A DNA stretch of 64,000 nt from an uncultured Candidatus Saccharibacteria bacterium (GTDB lineage: Bacteria; Patescibacteriota; Saccharimonadia; Saccharimonadales; JALRHH01). This document shows positions 35,231 to 44,274 of the stretch, in pieces (the first letter of the stretch is position 1; every line of letters begins with the position of its first letter). The notes below the pieces were generated by a model that did not search any database, was not told the DNA's origin, and was given only the letters and a program-made list of their open reading frames with translations. The DNA is taken from positions 1,044 through 65,043 of the forward strand of contig CAZLJP010000001.1 in the NCBI GenBank assembly GCA_964559915.1. Reading direction: 5' to 3'. The translations under genes and the position numbers were made by a program.

Positions 35231-35379
35231 TATTTGTTCTCCTCTGATGCAATCGCTTCTTCAGCAGACATAACCATCGAACCAAGTCGGTGACCAGCTT
35301 CTGTGTAGAATACTGTTACATTCTGAAGTTCAATACCAGTTTCAGTCTGAATAGGGCGAGATGTCATAACTTCAGCCAT
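35230..35379 (-). CDS. unannotated 49-aa ORF between rpsS and rplV
   Basis: Hand translation gives [49 protein letters not shown]. Its ATG shares the A of the rpsS TAA, and its TAA shares the A of the rplV ATG (TAATG at both ends). It exactly fills the 150-nt gap. Confidence 0.55.
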   Translation of the reverse strand: MAEVMTSRPIQTETGIELQNVTVFYTEAGHRLGSMVMSAEEAIASEENK

Positions 35380-35654
35380 TACTTCTTACCTTTCGCCAGC
35401 TTACCACCGTGGCTGCGGAACTTACGGGTTGGGCTAAACTCACCGAGTTTATGACCAACCATGTTTTCTGTCACAAACACAGGAACGTGGACTTTGCCGT
35501 TGTGCACAGCAATAGTACGGCCAACAAATTCTGGTGGAATTGTTGAGGCACGTGCCCATGTCTTGATAATTGTGCGGTCTTCGGCTCCGAGGGCTGCTAC
35601 TTTCTTAGCAAGCTTCGGATCGATAAATGGACCTTTCTTAAGTGAACGACTCAT
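35379..35654 (-). CDS. rpsS: 30S ribosomal protein S19
   Basis: [15 protein letters not shown]...[29 protein letters not shown]. Confidence 0.96.
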   Translation of the reverse strand: MSRSLKKGPFIDPKLAKKVAALGAEDRTIIKTWARASTIPPEFVGRTIAVHNGKVHVPVFVTENMVGHKLGEFSPTRKFRSHGGKLAKGKK

Positions 35655-35665
35655 CTATATGCTCC

Positions 35666-36502
35666 TTATTTCCTCTTCGCCGCGTGACGGCTCTTAACGA
35701 TAAAGTTACCATTGTCTTTACGACGACGGGTCTTGAAACCAAGTGTCTTCTGACCCCATGGCGTAACTGGTGCACGTGCCATACGGTGACGACCACCATC
35801 ACCACCACCGTGTGGGTGATCAGCTGCGTTCATCACGACACCACGGACACCTGGACGCTTGCCCTTAAGGCGGTTACGGCCAGCTTTACCAATCTTTACG
35901 TTCTGATGCTGTTCGTTGCCAATAACACCCATTGAGGCTGTGCACTCTACGTGTACCTTGCGGACTTCGCCACTTGGCAGACGCAATTGTGCATAGTCGC
36001 CTTCTTTAGCCATCAGCTGAGCTGAAGCACCAGCGCTACGTACGATTTGTGCACCACGACCTGGTGTTAGCTCAATAGCATGAACTGTTGAACCAACTGG
36101 GATGTTCTTGATTTGTAAGCGGTTGCCAGTCTCGATAGGAGCTTCCTCGCCACTAGTGATTGTCTGGCCAACCTTCATGCCGTTTGCGGCAATGATGTAG
36201 TGATACTTGTTGTCTTGGTCCTTGATACGGGCAATGCGAGCTGAGCGGTTCGGGTCGTATTCGATGTGCTCGATAGTAGCGATTGTGCCAGCAGCAAGGT
36301 TAAAGTTCATAATACGGTAGAACGCACGGGTACCACCACCACGGTGGCGGGTAGTGATGCGGCCCATGTTGTTGCGGCCACTGTGCTTTTTCTTGATAAC
36401 AGTCAGTGACTTCAGTGGCTTCTTAGTAGTGATAGTACTGAAGTCTTGATTGGTCATGCCACGAGTACCGGGAGTATTTGGCTTGTATGCTTTAAGTGCC
36501 AT
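35666..36502 (-). CDS. rplB: 50S ribosomal protein L2
   Basis: GRNNMGRITTRHRGGG...NAADHPHGGG. Confidence 0.96.
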   Translation of the reverse strand: MALKAYKPNTPGTRGMTNQDFSTITTKKPLKSLTVIKKKHSGRNNMGRITTRHRGGGTRAFYRIMNFNLAAGTIATIEHIEYDPNRSARIARIKDQDNKYHYIIAANGMKVGQTITSGEEAPIETGNRLQIKNIPVGSTVHAIELTPGRGAQIVRSAGASAQLMAKEGDYAQLRLPSGEVRKVHVECTASMGVIGNEQHQNVKIGKAGRNRLKGKRPGVRGVVMNAADHPHGGGDGGRHRMARAPVTPWGQKTLGFKTRRRKDNGNFIVKSRHAAKRK

Positions 36503-36861
36503 TATTTCTTCTCCTTCGCATTCTTCTGCGCAGCAGTTGAGCTAGCTGACTTCTTGTCATCGTCTTCGCCTGCAAAGATAGCAAGCTGATCGCCTTCTTT
36601 GAGGGTAACGTAGGCTTTCTTGAAGTCGTTATCACGGCCAATGCTCTGTCGGCCGCCCTTACGGACGGTACGCTTTGCTTTGCCTTTAACATTCAGGATA
36701 TTTACATCAATGACCGTTACCTTGAACTGTGTTTCTACAGCTTGGGCAACTTCAGTACGATTAGCATTGTTAGGTACTACGAACACGTATGTGTTCTTAG
36801 CGGTGCTTTGGCCATAGGCCTTTTCACTAATACGTGGCTTCAATAAAAGAGTGTCAGACAT
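36502..36861 (-). CDS. rplW: 50S ribosomal protein L23
   Basis: MSDTLLLKPRISEKAY...NTYVFVVPNNANRTEV. ATG 36861 shares a nucleotide with the rplD stop (TAATG). Confidence 0.92.
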   Translation of the reverse strand: MSDTLLLKPRISEKAYGQSTAKNTYVFVVPNNANRTEVAQAVETQFKVTVIDVNILNVKGKAKRTVRKGGRQSIGRDNDFKKAYVTLKEGDQLAIFAGEDDDKKSASSTAAQKNAKEKK

Positions 36862-37496
36862 TATGCTTTGCCTCCTAGCCATTCGTGTACTACGCTCAAA
36901 GCTTTGTTAGTCACCACAATATGGTCAGCATTCAAGATATCGAAGACATTCAGGTACTGTGCGGTTACAACCTGGACATTGCCAAGGTTGCTGACAGCAC
37001 GAGTGATTTCGTCCGTTTTAGACTCAACTACGAGCAGTACGCTACGGTCTACACCAATCTTGTTGAAGAACTTAACAGCTTCGGTAGTCTTAGCCTTGAA
37101 AGTGACATCTTCTACGACAACGAGCTTATTAGCAGTTGATGCGGTTGTCAGTGCCTGACGAAGTGCAACACGCTTAGTAGCGGTTGGTAGCTTGTGGCTG
37201 TAGTTTTCTAGGCCTGTTGGGCCAAAGGTGATACCACCACCACGCCAAATTGGCACGCGGCTTGAACCGAAACGTGCTCGGCCAGTGCCCTTTTGCTTCC
37301 ATGGCTTCTTACCACCACCACGGACTTCGCCGCGAGTCTTGGTAACAGCTAGGTTCTCACGACCATTTGCGAGGTAGGCTACGTAAGCCTGCTTCAACAG
37401 TTCATGATTTTTGATTTCGACGCCAAAGACGGCTTTGTCGAGTTTTGCGGCAGTTGTAGCCTTAGTACCAGTCTTGGTATAAGTAGGAACAGCCAT
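36861..37496 (-). CDS. rplD: 50S ribosomal protein L4
   Basis: VRGGGKKPWKQKGTGRARFGSSRVPIWRGGG. Confidence 0.95.
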   Translation of the reverse strand: MAVPTYTKTGTKATTAAKLDKAVFGVEIKNHELLKQAYVAYLANGRENLAVTKTRGEVRGGGKKPWKQKGTGRARFGSSRVPIWRGGGITFGPTGLENYSHKLPTATKRVALRQALTTASTANKLVVVEDVTFKAKTTEAVKFFNKIGVDRSVLLVVESKTDEITRAVSNLGNVQVVTAQYLNVFDILNADHIVVTNKALSVVHEWLGGKA

Positions 37497-37499
37497 GAT

Positions 37500-38120
37500 T
37501 TAAGCCTCCCCTCGGATTACAACAATCCCTTTACGTGGGCCAGGGACAGCACCAGTCACACCAATAACACCGAGTTCGGTGTCAACAAGCGCAATACGTA
37601 GGTTCTTTACAGTTACCTGATCGGCACCGTATTGACCAGCCATTTTCTTGCCCTTAAAGATGTGCTGTGGGTACATAGAGCCGATAGAGCCGACTTTACG
37701 GGTGTTACCCTTACCACCGTGTGTTTTACGCTGGCGATGGAAGTTATGGCGCTTAATAGTACCAGCCCAACCTTTACCTTTGCTCACGCCAGTAACCGTA
37801 ATCGTGTCACCAACTGAAAAGACCTCGGGGTTGATAGTTTCTCCAACCTTGAGGTCTTCAGTGATTTCGTCTACACGGAACTCGCGAATAATCTTCGGGA
37901 GCATTCCGGCAGCCTTGAAGTGACCCTGCTGTGCCTTGTTAACGAGCTTTTCGCGTGCTTCTTCAGCACCGATTTGTACAGCCGTATAACCGTCGGTCTC
38001 AGCAGTTTTGATTTGCGTAATAACGCACGGACTAGCGGAAAGCAAAGTAATAGCAGTAACAACACCATCGTCTGCGATAGTGCTTGTCATGCCAACCTTT
38101 CTCGTAATGAGTGCTTTCAT
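37500..38120 (-). CDS. rplC: 50S ribosomal protein L3
   Basis: GVSKGKGWAGTIKRHNFHRQRKTHG. Confidence 0.95.
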   Translation of the reverse strand: MKALITRKVGMTSTIADDGVVTAITLLSASPCVITQIKTAETDGYTAVQIGAEEAREKLVNKAQQGHFKAAGMLPKIIREFRVDEITEDLKVGETINPEVFSVGDTITVTGVSKGKGWAGTIKRHNFHRQRKTHGGKGNTRKVGSIGSMYPQHIFKGKKMAGQYGADQVTVKNLRIALVDTELGVIGVTGAVPGPRKGIVVIRGEA

Positions 38121-38313
38121 AGTATGTGTATGACCTTATTATTTATCTTTCTGTGATTATGCCGCCCGCAAAGCGTGACATAAAAATGCTTGGCAAATGG
38201 CAGTTTCTACCTCTGTTACAAGACAGACTTACCTACTCACCAAGTACAGAAATACTTTATATACCAATACAGATTAGCACAATTATACTACCCCTGTCAA
38301 TATGTTGTGCATT

Positions 38314-38682
38314 CTACACGTTTTGGCGGGCAGCGTGGTCCTGTTTTGAGACAAGCAAGGTTTGGTCTAATGTATCACCAAAGGCAGTAAGGTTTGACAA
38401 TCTGACCTCATCTCGTCTAATGCTGGCCTGTAATACCACACGACGAAGCGCATTGCTGGACCTACTACGTATATTTGCTTCTAGACACAGTGCGCCGACC
38501 CTGAGTGCATGACGTACCAAATAGCTCTCTTCTACAGTCAGCTCAAGTGGGCTAGTTGGGTCGGTATCTGGGCTAATGGGCATCCGACTAAAAGGTCGGC
38601 AGTTCTCTATGTACTCATCCTGGATATACCCGATATCCTGGGACTCCAATATTATTCCTGGTTCTGTGTCTCGTGGTTTCAT
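38314..38682 (-). CDS. hypothetical protein (122 aa) inserted between rpsJ and rplC
   Basis: Intact ORF with no SD and no motif recognised. It lies downstream of the rpsJ terminator. Confidence 0.4.
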   Translation of the reverse strand: MKPRDTEPGIILESQDIGYIQDEYIENCRPFSRMPISPDTDPTSPLELTVEESYLVRHALRVGALCLEANIRSRSSNALRRVVLQASIRRDEVRLSNLTAFGDTLDQTLLVSKQDHAARQNV

Positions 38683-38777
38683 GAGGAATCACTATAACAC
38701 CAAAATGTGAAAATTATCATATTTTATGGTCTGAAGTAACGTTACAGTGAGGCTACCATAAGTGGAGTGAGGACAAT

Positions 38778-38882
38778 ATGACCAATCGTTATTACTTGAG
38801 AGACAGCGAAACGAATGAACTGTGGTGCTTTGATTATCGCTATTTTAGCGGCGAAGTTACCATAGCCACCAAACAGTCATAA
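38778..38882 (+). CDS. possible 34-aa small protein MTNRYYLRDSETNELWCFDYRYFSGEVTIATKQS
   Basis: Strong SD (GGAGTGAGGA) ends 5 nt before the ATG. It ends 17 nt before the hairpin at 38903-38920. Below the ORF-track cutoff. Confidence 0.3.
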   Translation: MTNRYYLRDSETNELWCFDYRYFSGEVTIATKQS

Positions 38883-38898
38883 CTATTTGTCCGTCACT

Positions 38899-38920
38899 AA
38901 AAAGAGCCCCGTAGGGCTCT
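38899..38920 (-). terminator. intrinsic terminator immediately after rpsJ
   Basis: Minus-strand RNA AGAGCCC-UACG-GGGCUCU followed by UUUUU. Confidence 0.75.
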
Positions 38921-38928
38921 TCTATGTA

Positions 38929-39270
38929 CTACATCTTAATTTCGGCGTCACAGCCGGCAGGAAGACTCAAATTCATAAGACTGTCGATAGTCTTAGGAGT
39001 TGGGTTAAAGACGTCAATTAGGCGCTTGTGTACGCGCATTTCAAACTGCTCACGACCCTTTTTGTAGATGTGAGGGGACTTGATAACGGTGTATAAAGTC
39101 TTCTTGGTTGGTAGTGGAATTGGACCAGCAATGGTTGCACCAGTACGAAGAGCGGTGTCAACAATCTGTTTTGCAGACTGGTCAATTACTTTGTGGTCAT
39201 ATGCCTTTAGGCGAATACGAATGCGCTGCTGGGTAGCAGGCGCCTTTGCGGGGGTTTTGGCCTCAGCCAT
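38929..39270 (-). CDS. rpsJ: 30S ribosomal protein S10
   Basis: [34 protein letters not shown] 39270 is preceded by AAGGAG (the track ORF starts upstream at 39333). Confidence 0.95.
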   Translation of the reverse strand: MAEAKTPAKAPATQQRIRIRLKAYDHKVIDQSAKQIVDTALRTGATIAGPIPLPTKKTLYTVIKSPHIYKKGREQFEMRVHKRLIDVFNPTPKTIDSLMNLSLPAGCDAEIKM

Positions 39271-39384
39271 GGATATTATCTCCTTGTATTGCAATCTCTT
39301 ACGGGGTGTGGAGTCTACCGCACGAGTAACCAATACGATTAAATTTACTGGCTAAGTGTACAATATTTTGCCGTCTAACGCCAG

Positions 39385-39789
39385 CTATTTACGGAAGATA
39401 CCCTTGAACTTGCCGCCCTTGCCTTTATCCTCTGGCTCGTCCTTGCCATAAAATTCGGCGTATATTTGGTCTACAAAGTAATCGGCGCTTGCGTCATCTA
39501 CGTCCTCGTCTGAAGTAGGCACTTCATACTCATCCTTCAGCTCTAAGTCTTCTGACAGACCACCGTGATGGAGGTTATATAGTTTGTTATAAGCAGCGCG
39601 TTTAGTATCATCCTTGAGCGTTAGATATGCTGTATTAATCAGTTGCATCTGTTCCGTAGAGCCGCCCGCATCCGGGTGATGGTCCTTGGCGAGCTTAAAA
39701 TAGCTGGTCTTTATCTGCCCAGCCTCGGCTGTAGGCTCCACGCCCAACAGCTCATAGTAATCTACAAATTCTCCCTCGGAACCTTTCAT
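39385..39789 (-). CDS. J-domain-only (DnaJ-like) protein with acidic C-terminus
   Basis: DYYELLGVEPTAEAGQIKTSYFKLAKDHHPDAGG contains the HPD tripeptide. There is no Gly/Phe or zinc-finger region. Confidence 0.75.
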   Translation of the reverse strand: MKGSEGEFVDYYELLGVEPTAEAGQIKTSYFKLAKDHHPDAGGSTEQMQLINTAYLTLKDDTKRAAYNKLYNLHHGGLSEDLELKDEYEVPTSDEDVDDASADYFVDQIYAEFYGKDEPEDKGKGGKFKGIFRK

Positions 39790-39799
39790 ATCACTTACA

Positions 39800-40093
39800 T
39801 TATATCAGGGGGCTGAACCATGGCTTAGTTGGAGGAAATTCACAAAGTACTGCATAGCGACAAGCTACACTCCCAAAACAGCCAGCAACATCTATTGCAC
39901 CATATTTACAGTCGTTCTCATACTCGTCCTTATGGTGACTCTGTGCTTCTTCAATTGTAATCTGGTCTGCAATAACTTGGTCTGCAAGATATCCTGCAGT
40001 CATTCGTGGACGATAGCATGGTTTACATCTATCGGGCGTGACTTCACAAATACGTTCTCTAATCTCACCATAGTTAGTTGCATCTTTAGTCAT
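39800..40093 (-). CDS. hypothetical Cys-rich protein (97 aa)
   Basis: MTKDATNYGEIRERICEVTPDRCKPCYRP...DCKYGAIDVAGCFGSVACRYAVLCEF. Seven Cys. No family recognised. Confidence 0.45.
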   Translation of the reverse strand: MTKDATNYGEIRERICEVTPDRCKPCYRPRMTAGYLADQVIADQITIEEAQSHHKDEYENDCKYGAIDVAGCFGSVACRYAVLCEFPPTKPWFSPLI

Positions 40094-40108
40094 AAGCACA
40101 TTATATAC

Positions 40109-40134
40109 AAAACTCCCGGTTTCCCGGGAGTTTT
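40109..40134. terminator. bidirectional terminator after tuf
   Basis: CTCCCGG (40113-40119) / CCGGGAG (40124-40130) with flanking A- and T-runs. Confidence 0.75.
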
Positions 40135-40157
40135 CTTAGGTAGCTTAGTTAGGCTAT

Positions 40158-41342
40158 CTATTTGTTGATTTTGGTTACAACACCAGCACCAACAGTACGG
40201 CCACCTTCGCGGATAGCGAAGTTTAGACCCTGTTCCATGGCGATAGGTGCGAGTAACTTGACCTTGAAGGTGATTGTGTCACCAGGCATGACCATTTCTT
40301 TGTCAGCTGGTAGCTCAACTTCACCGGTTACGTCAGTTGTACGGAAGTAGAACTGTGGCTTGTAACCCTTGAAGAATGGCGTGTGACGTCCACCTTCTTC
40401 TTTGGTCAGGATGTAAACCTCAGCATCAAACTCGGTGTGAGGAGTGATTGAACCAGGCTTACAAAGGACCTGACCACGCTCGATGTCATCACGCTCGATA
40501 CCACGGAGAAGGATACCAGCGTTGTCGCCGGCTTGACCCTGGTCAAGGCTCTTCTTGAACATCTCGATACCAGTAATAACTGACTTCTGGGTGTCACGAA
40601 TACCAACGATTTCAACTTCGTCGTTAACCTTGGCAATACCTTGCTCGATACGACCAGTTGCAACAGTACCACGACCCTTGATTGAGAATACATCCTCAAC
40701 AGGCATCAAGAATGGCTTATCAAGTTCACGTGTTGGTTCTGGAACGTATTCGTCCAAAGCCTTAACGAGCTCCATAATAGCGTCTTCGTTAGCAGCGTCG
40801 CCTTCAAGAGCCTTAGTAGCAGAACCCTTTATGATAGGCGCATCTTCGTCGAAACCGTTCTTAGCAAGCAGCTCACGAATGTCCATTTCTACAAGTTCTA
40901 CCAACTCTGGGTCAGCAAGGTCCATCTTGTTCATGAAAACAAGAATCTTAGGCACACCAACCTGCTTAGCAAGCAACACGTGCTCACGAGTCTGTGGAAG
41001 TGGGCCGTCGTTAGCACCAACAACAAGAATAGCGCCGTCAATCTGAGCAGCTCCAGTAATCATGTTCTTAACGTAGTCGGCGTGACCTGGCATATCGACG
41101 TGAGCGTAGTGACGCTTCTCTGACTCGTATTCCTGGTGAGAAGTAGCGATGGTTATGCCACGAGCCTTCTCTTCTGGTGCGTTGTCAATTTCGTCGTAAT
41201 TCTTAGGTTGGTTAACAGCGCTTGGAAGGCGCTTTGCGAGTACATGCGTGATAGCAGCAGTAAGAGTAGTCTTACCGTGGTCAACGTGACCCATAGTACC
41301 AACGTTTACGTGTGGCTTGGTTCGGTCAAAGGCATCTGCCAT
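40158..41342 (-). CDS. tuf: elongation factor Tu
   Basis: [34 protein letters not shown] 41342 is preceded by AAGGAG. Confidence 0.97.
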   Translation of the reverse strand: MADAFDRTKPHVNVGTMGHVDHGKTTLTAAITHVLAKRLPSAVNQPKNYDEIDNAPEEKARGITIATSHQEYESEKRHYAHVDMPGHADYVKNMITGAAQIDGAILVVGANDGPLPQTREHVLLAKQVGVPKILVFMNKMDLADPELVELVEMDIRELLAKNGFDEDAPIIKGSATKALEGDAANEDAIMELVKALDEYVPEPTRELDKPFLMPVEDVFSIKGRGTVATGRIEQGIAKVNDEVEIVGIRDTQKSVITGIEMFKKSLDQGQAGDNAGILLRGIERDDIERGQVLCKPGSITPHTEFDAEVYILTKEEGGRHTPFFKGYKPQFYFRTTDVTGEVELPADKEMVMPGDTITFKVKLLAPIAMEQGLNFAIREGGRTVGAGVVTKINK

Positions 41343-41466
41343 ATATTTTCTCCTTATATGCGTAGGCAATATAAAACCTACTACACAGTATTTAATGATG
41401 ATTTATTATTCGATTTTCGCGGTCCATGTTGCATGACGAGCAACGCCCTCGCGCGAGATAGCATGA

Positions 41467-41495
41467 ATTATAGGGTAAATACCCCCTATTTGTAA
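41467..41495 (-). promoter_or_regulatory. promoter TTACAA-17-TATAAT for tuf
   Basis: -35 at 41490-41495 and -10 at 41467-41472 (minus strand), about 120 nt upstream of the tuf ATG. It is embedded in two GGTATTTAC repeats. Confidence 0.6.
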
Positions 41496-41515
41496 ATACC
41501 CTAAGAAACCGCTTT

Positions 41516-41776
41516 TTATGCGCCGAATTGTGCCAAACGAGTAATCATCCCGCCAATACTGCGCGATTTGTCCAGCGGCTGGTGATTACGCGACGCAATC
41601 AACCGTCGGCCAATCGCATCAGCCGCTTCAACCAAATCCTCGAGTGGTTGCCACGATTCACGTACACCATCGGGGGTGATAAGATGCCTGACAATATTCA
41701 TGTTGGCGGCTCTGAACTCTTCAAGCAGGCCTGTTTGTGGTTCTTCTGGTTGGGTTGGTTGTTCGCTAAATTCCAT
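41516..41776 (-). CDS. hypothetical protein (86 aa), second gene of the fusA|tuf insert
   Basis: ATG 41776 is preceded by GGAGGAGG (the track ORF starts further upstream). Acidic Pro/Glu-rich N-terminus. Confidence 0.45.
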   Translation of the reverse strand: MEFSEQPTQPEEPQTGLLEEFRAANMNIVRHLITPDGVRESWQPLEDLVEAADAIGRRLIASRNHQPLDKSRSIGGMITRLAQFGA

Positions 41777-41789
41777 ACTATGCCTCCTC

Positions 41790-42080
41790 CTAGGCGGCTG
41801 TTTTTGTTTCTGGTGACAATGACAATATAAGCGCGCGGTGAAATACCTCAAGCTCTCTGGCTTTTGCTAAAAGTTCTGATTCTGTGGCGCCGGCTTCGGC
41901 AGCCACGTCATAAGCAATATATTTATCTGTTAAGCAAGAAATAAGCACTTCGCGGCCAAGTATCCGGGATAAGCCACGTGCACCTTGGGCTTCGTCAGCA
42001 TCCAACTCAATATGGTGGTCATGGCCATAGCCGTGCGCGTCTTCCCATTGTTGATGTGAATAGATAGCTTCAGCGTTCAT
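41790..42080 (-). CDS. hypothetical protein (96 aa, His-rich N-terminus), first gene of the fusA|tuf insert
   Basis: HGYGHDHHIELD stretch. The ATG lies 6 nt after a TTGAAA-17-TATTAC promoter (42087-42115), so the transcript would be leaderless. Confidence 0.45.
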   Translation of the reverse strand: MNAEAIYSHQQWEDAHGYGHDHHIELDADEAQGARGLSRILGREVLISCLTDKYIAYDVAAEAGATESELLAKARELEVFHRALILSLSPETKTAA

Positions 42081-42125
42081 GCCTATGTAATACCACTACT
42101 ATGTGATTATTTCAAGTTGGTACAA

Positions 42126-42150
42126 CAAAAAAGCCCCTCACGGGGCTCTT
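42126..42150 (-). terminator. intrinsic terminator after fusA
   Basis: Minus-strand RNA AGCCCC-GUGA-GGGGCU followed by UUUUUU. Confidence 0.75.
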
Positions 42151-42171
42151 TGTCAAAAGTCGTAGAAACTT

Positions 42172-44259
42172 CTATTTGGCGTTCTTAGCAATGATTGCTT
42201 CAGCAACATTGTTTGGCACATCAGCGTAGTGATCGAGCTCCATAGAGCTTGATGCACGGCCCTGAGTGTTAGAACGAAGGTTGGTTGTGTAACCAAACAT
42301 TTCACCGAGTGGTACAAAGCTAGTGATTTGCTTCACGTTGTTCTGCAAGTCTTCCATGGCTTCGATACGGCCACGCTTGCTGTTCAGGTCACCAATCACA
42401 TCACCCATGAACTCTTCAGGAGTCACCACAACGACTTTCATCACAGGCTCAAGCAAGGTTGGCTGAGCTTTCTTAACACCCTCTTGAAGTGCCATAGAAC
42501 CAGCAATTTTAAAGGCCATTTCGTTAGAGTCAACATCGTGGTAGCTACCATCATATAGTTCGGCCTTGATATCCACTACTGGATAACCAGCCATCACACC
42601 ACTTGCCATGGCCTCAACAATACCGTTCTCAACAGGCTTGATGTATTCACTTGGGACCACACCACCCTTGATAGAGTTGATGAATTCAAAGCCCTTACCA
42701 GCTTCATTCTGGCTCAAGCGAAGCCATACGTCACCGTACTGACCACGACCACCAGATTGCTTGATGAACTTGCCTTGGACTTCGACACCATCTTTGCGGA
42801 TAGTCTCACGGTAGGCAACCTGAGGCTGACCGATATTAGCTTCGACACTAAATTCGCGCTTCATACGGTCTACCAAGATTTCAAGGTGCAGCTCACCCAT
42901 ACCAGAGATGATAGTCTGGCCAGTTTCGTCGTCCACACGCACGCGGAAAGTTGGGTCCTCTTCTGCCAAGCGCTGCAGGGCGATGCCCATCTTTTCTTGG
43001 TCGGCTTTGGTCTTGGGTTCGATAGCAATAGATACCGGTGGTTCTGGGAAGGTGATACTTTCTAGAACAATAGAGTTGTTAGGGTCACACAGGGTGTGGC
43101 CGGTTGTAGTGCCCTTGAGGCCCACAATAGCAGCAATATCACCTGCACCAACTTCAGTAACGTCGGTTCGCTTATCGGCTTGTAGACGCACAATACGGCC
43201 TACACGCTCTTTTTCGCCTGTAGAGCTGTTCAGTACATAGCTACCAGCTACAACCTTGCCAGAATAGACACGGAAGTAAGCAAGCTTACCTACGAATGGG
43301 TCAGTTGTAATCTTGAATGCAAGGGCTGCAAATGGCTCAGCCTCAGTTGGCTTACGCTCAATTTCATCGCCGGTCTTAGGGTGTGTGCCCCAAGTTGACT
43401 TCACGTCCAGTGGGCTTGGCAGGTAGTCGTTGACCATGTCTAAGACCTTTTCAACGATTACGCCACGACCATCACCACCGGTAACCGCAAAGAACTGGCC
43501 GGATAGTACGGCAGTACGGATAGCTTGCTTAACTTCAGCGACCGATAGGCCCTCTTCGCCAACTTCGAAATATTTCTCGAGCATGACTTCGTCTTCGGCT
43601 ACGGCGTTTTCAATCAGTAAACTACGAGCCTTCTTGACCTGATCCATCATATCGGCAGGAATTTCTGCTTCAACAAGTTCTTTATCATGGAAATCTTTGT
43701 AGGTGTAAGCCTTCATTTCTACCAAGTCAACAATACCGTTGATGCTCTGCTCAAAGCCAATTGGCAGGTGCACCGGGAAAGCGCGCTTGCTCAAACGAGC
43801 ATGGATAGAATCAAGTGATTTGTAGAAATCACCACCAGTTTGGTTAATCTTGTTGATAAAACAGATACGAGGCACACCGTATTTGTCGGCCTGACGCCAT
43901 ACAGTCTCTGACTGTGATTCCACGCCCATCTTGCCATCAAATACTACACAGGCACCATCAAGCACACGGAGTGAACGCTCTACCTCAACAGTAAAGTCGA
44001 TGTGTCCTGGTGTGTCGATGATGTTGATTTGGTTGCCCTTCCAGAAACAAGTAACAGAGGCGGCAACAATGGTAATACCACGTTCACGCTCTTGAGCCAT
44101 CCAGTCGGTCGTAGTTTCACCTTCGTGCACAGCACCAATCTTGTGGCTCAGGCCGGTACGATACAGAATGCCTTCAGTCGTAGTGGTCTTACCGGCGTCA
44201 ATATGCGCGATAATACCAAGGTTACGAATCTTATCAATAGGGGTTTTCTTTTCTGCCAT
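42172..44259 (-). CDS. fusA: elongation factor G
   Basis: [27 protein letters not shown], and full five-domain length. Confidence 0.97.
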   Translation of the reverse strand: MAEKKTPIDKIRNLGIIAHIDAGKTTTTEGILYRTGLSHKIGAVHEGETTTDWMAQERERGITIVAASVTCFWKGNQINIIDTPGHIDFTVEVERSLRVLDGACVVFDGKMGVESQSETVWRQADKYGVPRICFINKINQTGGDFYKSLDSIHARLSKRAFPVHLPIGFEQSINGIVDLVEMKAYTYKDFHDKELVEAEIPADMMDQVKKARSLLIENAVAEDEVMLEKYFEVGEEGLSVAEVKQAIRTAVLSGQFFAVTGGDGRGVIVEKVLDMVNDYLPSPLDVKSTWGTHPKTGDEIERKPTEAEPFAALAFKITTDPFVGKLAYFRVYSGKVVAGSYVLNSSTGEKERVGRIVRLQADKRTDVTEVGAGDIAAIVGLKGTTTGHTLCDPNNSIVLESITFPEPPVSIAIEPKTKADQEKMGIALQRLAEEDPTFRVRVDDETGQTIISGMGELHLEILVDRMKREFSVEANIGQPQVAYRETIRKDGVEVQGKFIKQSGGRGQYGDVWLRLSQNEAGKGFEFINSIKGGVVPSEYIKPVENGIVEAMASGVMAGYPVVDIKAELYDGSYHDVDSNEMAFKIAGSMALQEGVKKAQPTLLEPVMKVVVVTPEEFMGDVIGDLNSKRGRIEAMEDLQNNVKQITSFVPLGEMFGYTTNLRSNTQGRASSSMELDHYADVPNNVAEAIIAKNAK

Positions 44260-44274
44260 GTGTGTGTTCCTTTA

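Noticed and set aside
38126-38512. 128-aa plus-strand ORF in the rpsJ|rplC insert.
   Set aside because: It overlaps the predicted rplC upstream leader and runs antisense to the 122-aa minus-strand ORF. It has no SD, and its low-complexity hydrophobic sequence is not convincing. I kept the minus-strand ORF as the weak call instead.
41516-42080. Reading the 96-aa/86-aa pair as a toxin-antitoxin module.
   Set aside because: Only the two-small-gene layout suggests it. I can see no recognisable toxin fold motif, no antitoxin DNA-binding motif and no autoregulatory operator, so it is left as 'orphan cassette'.
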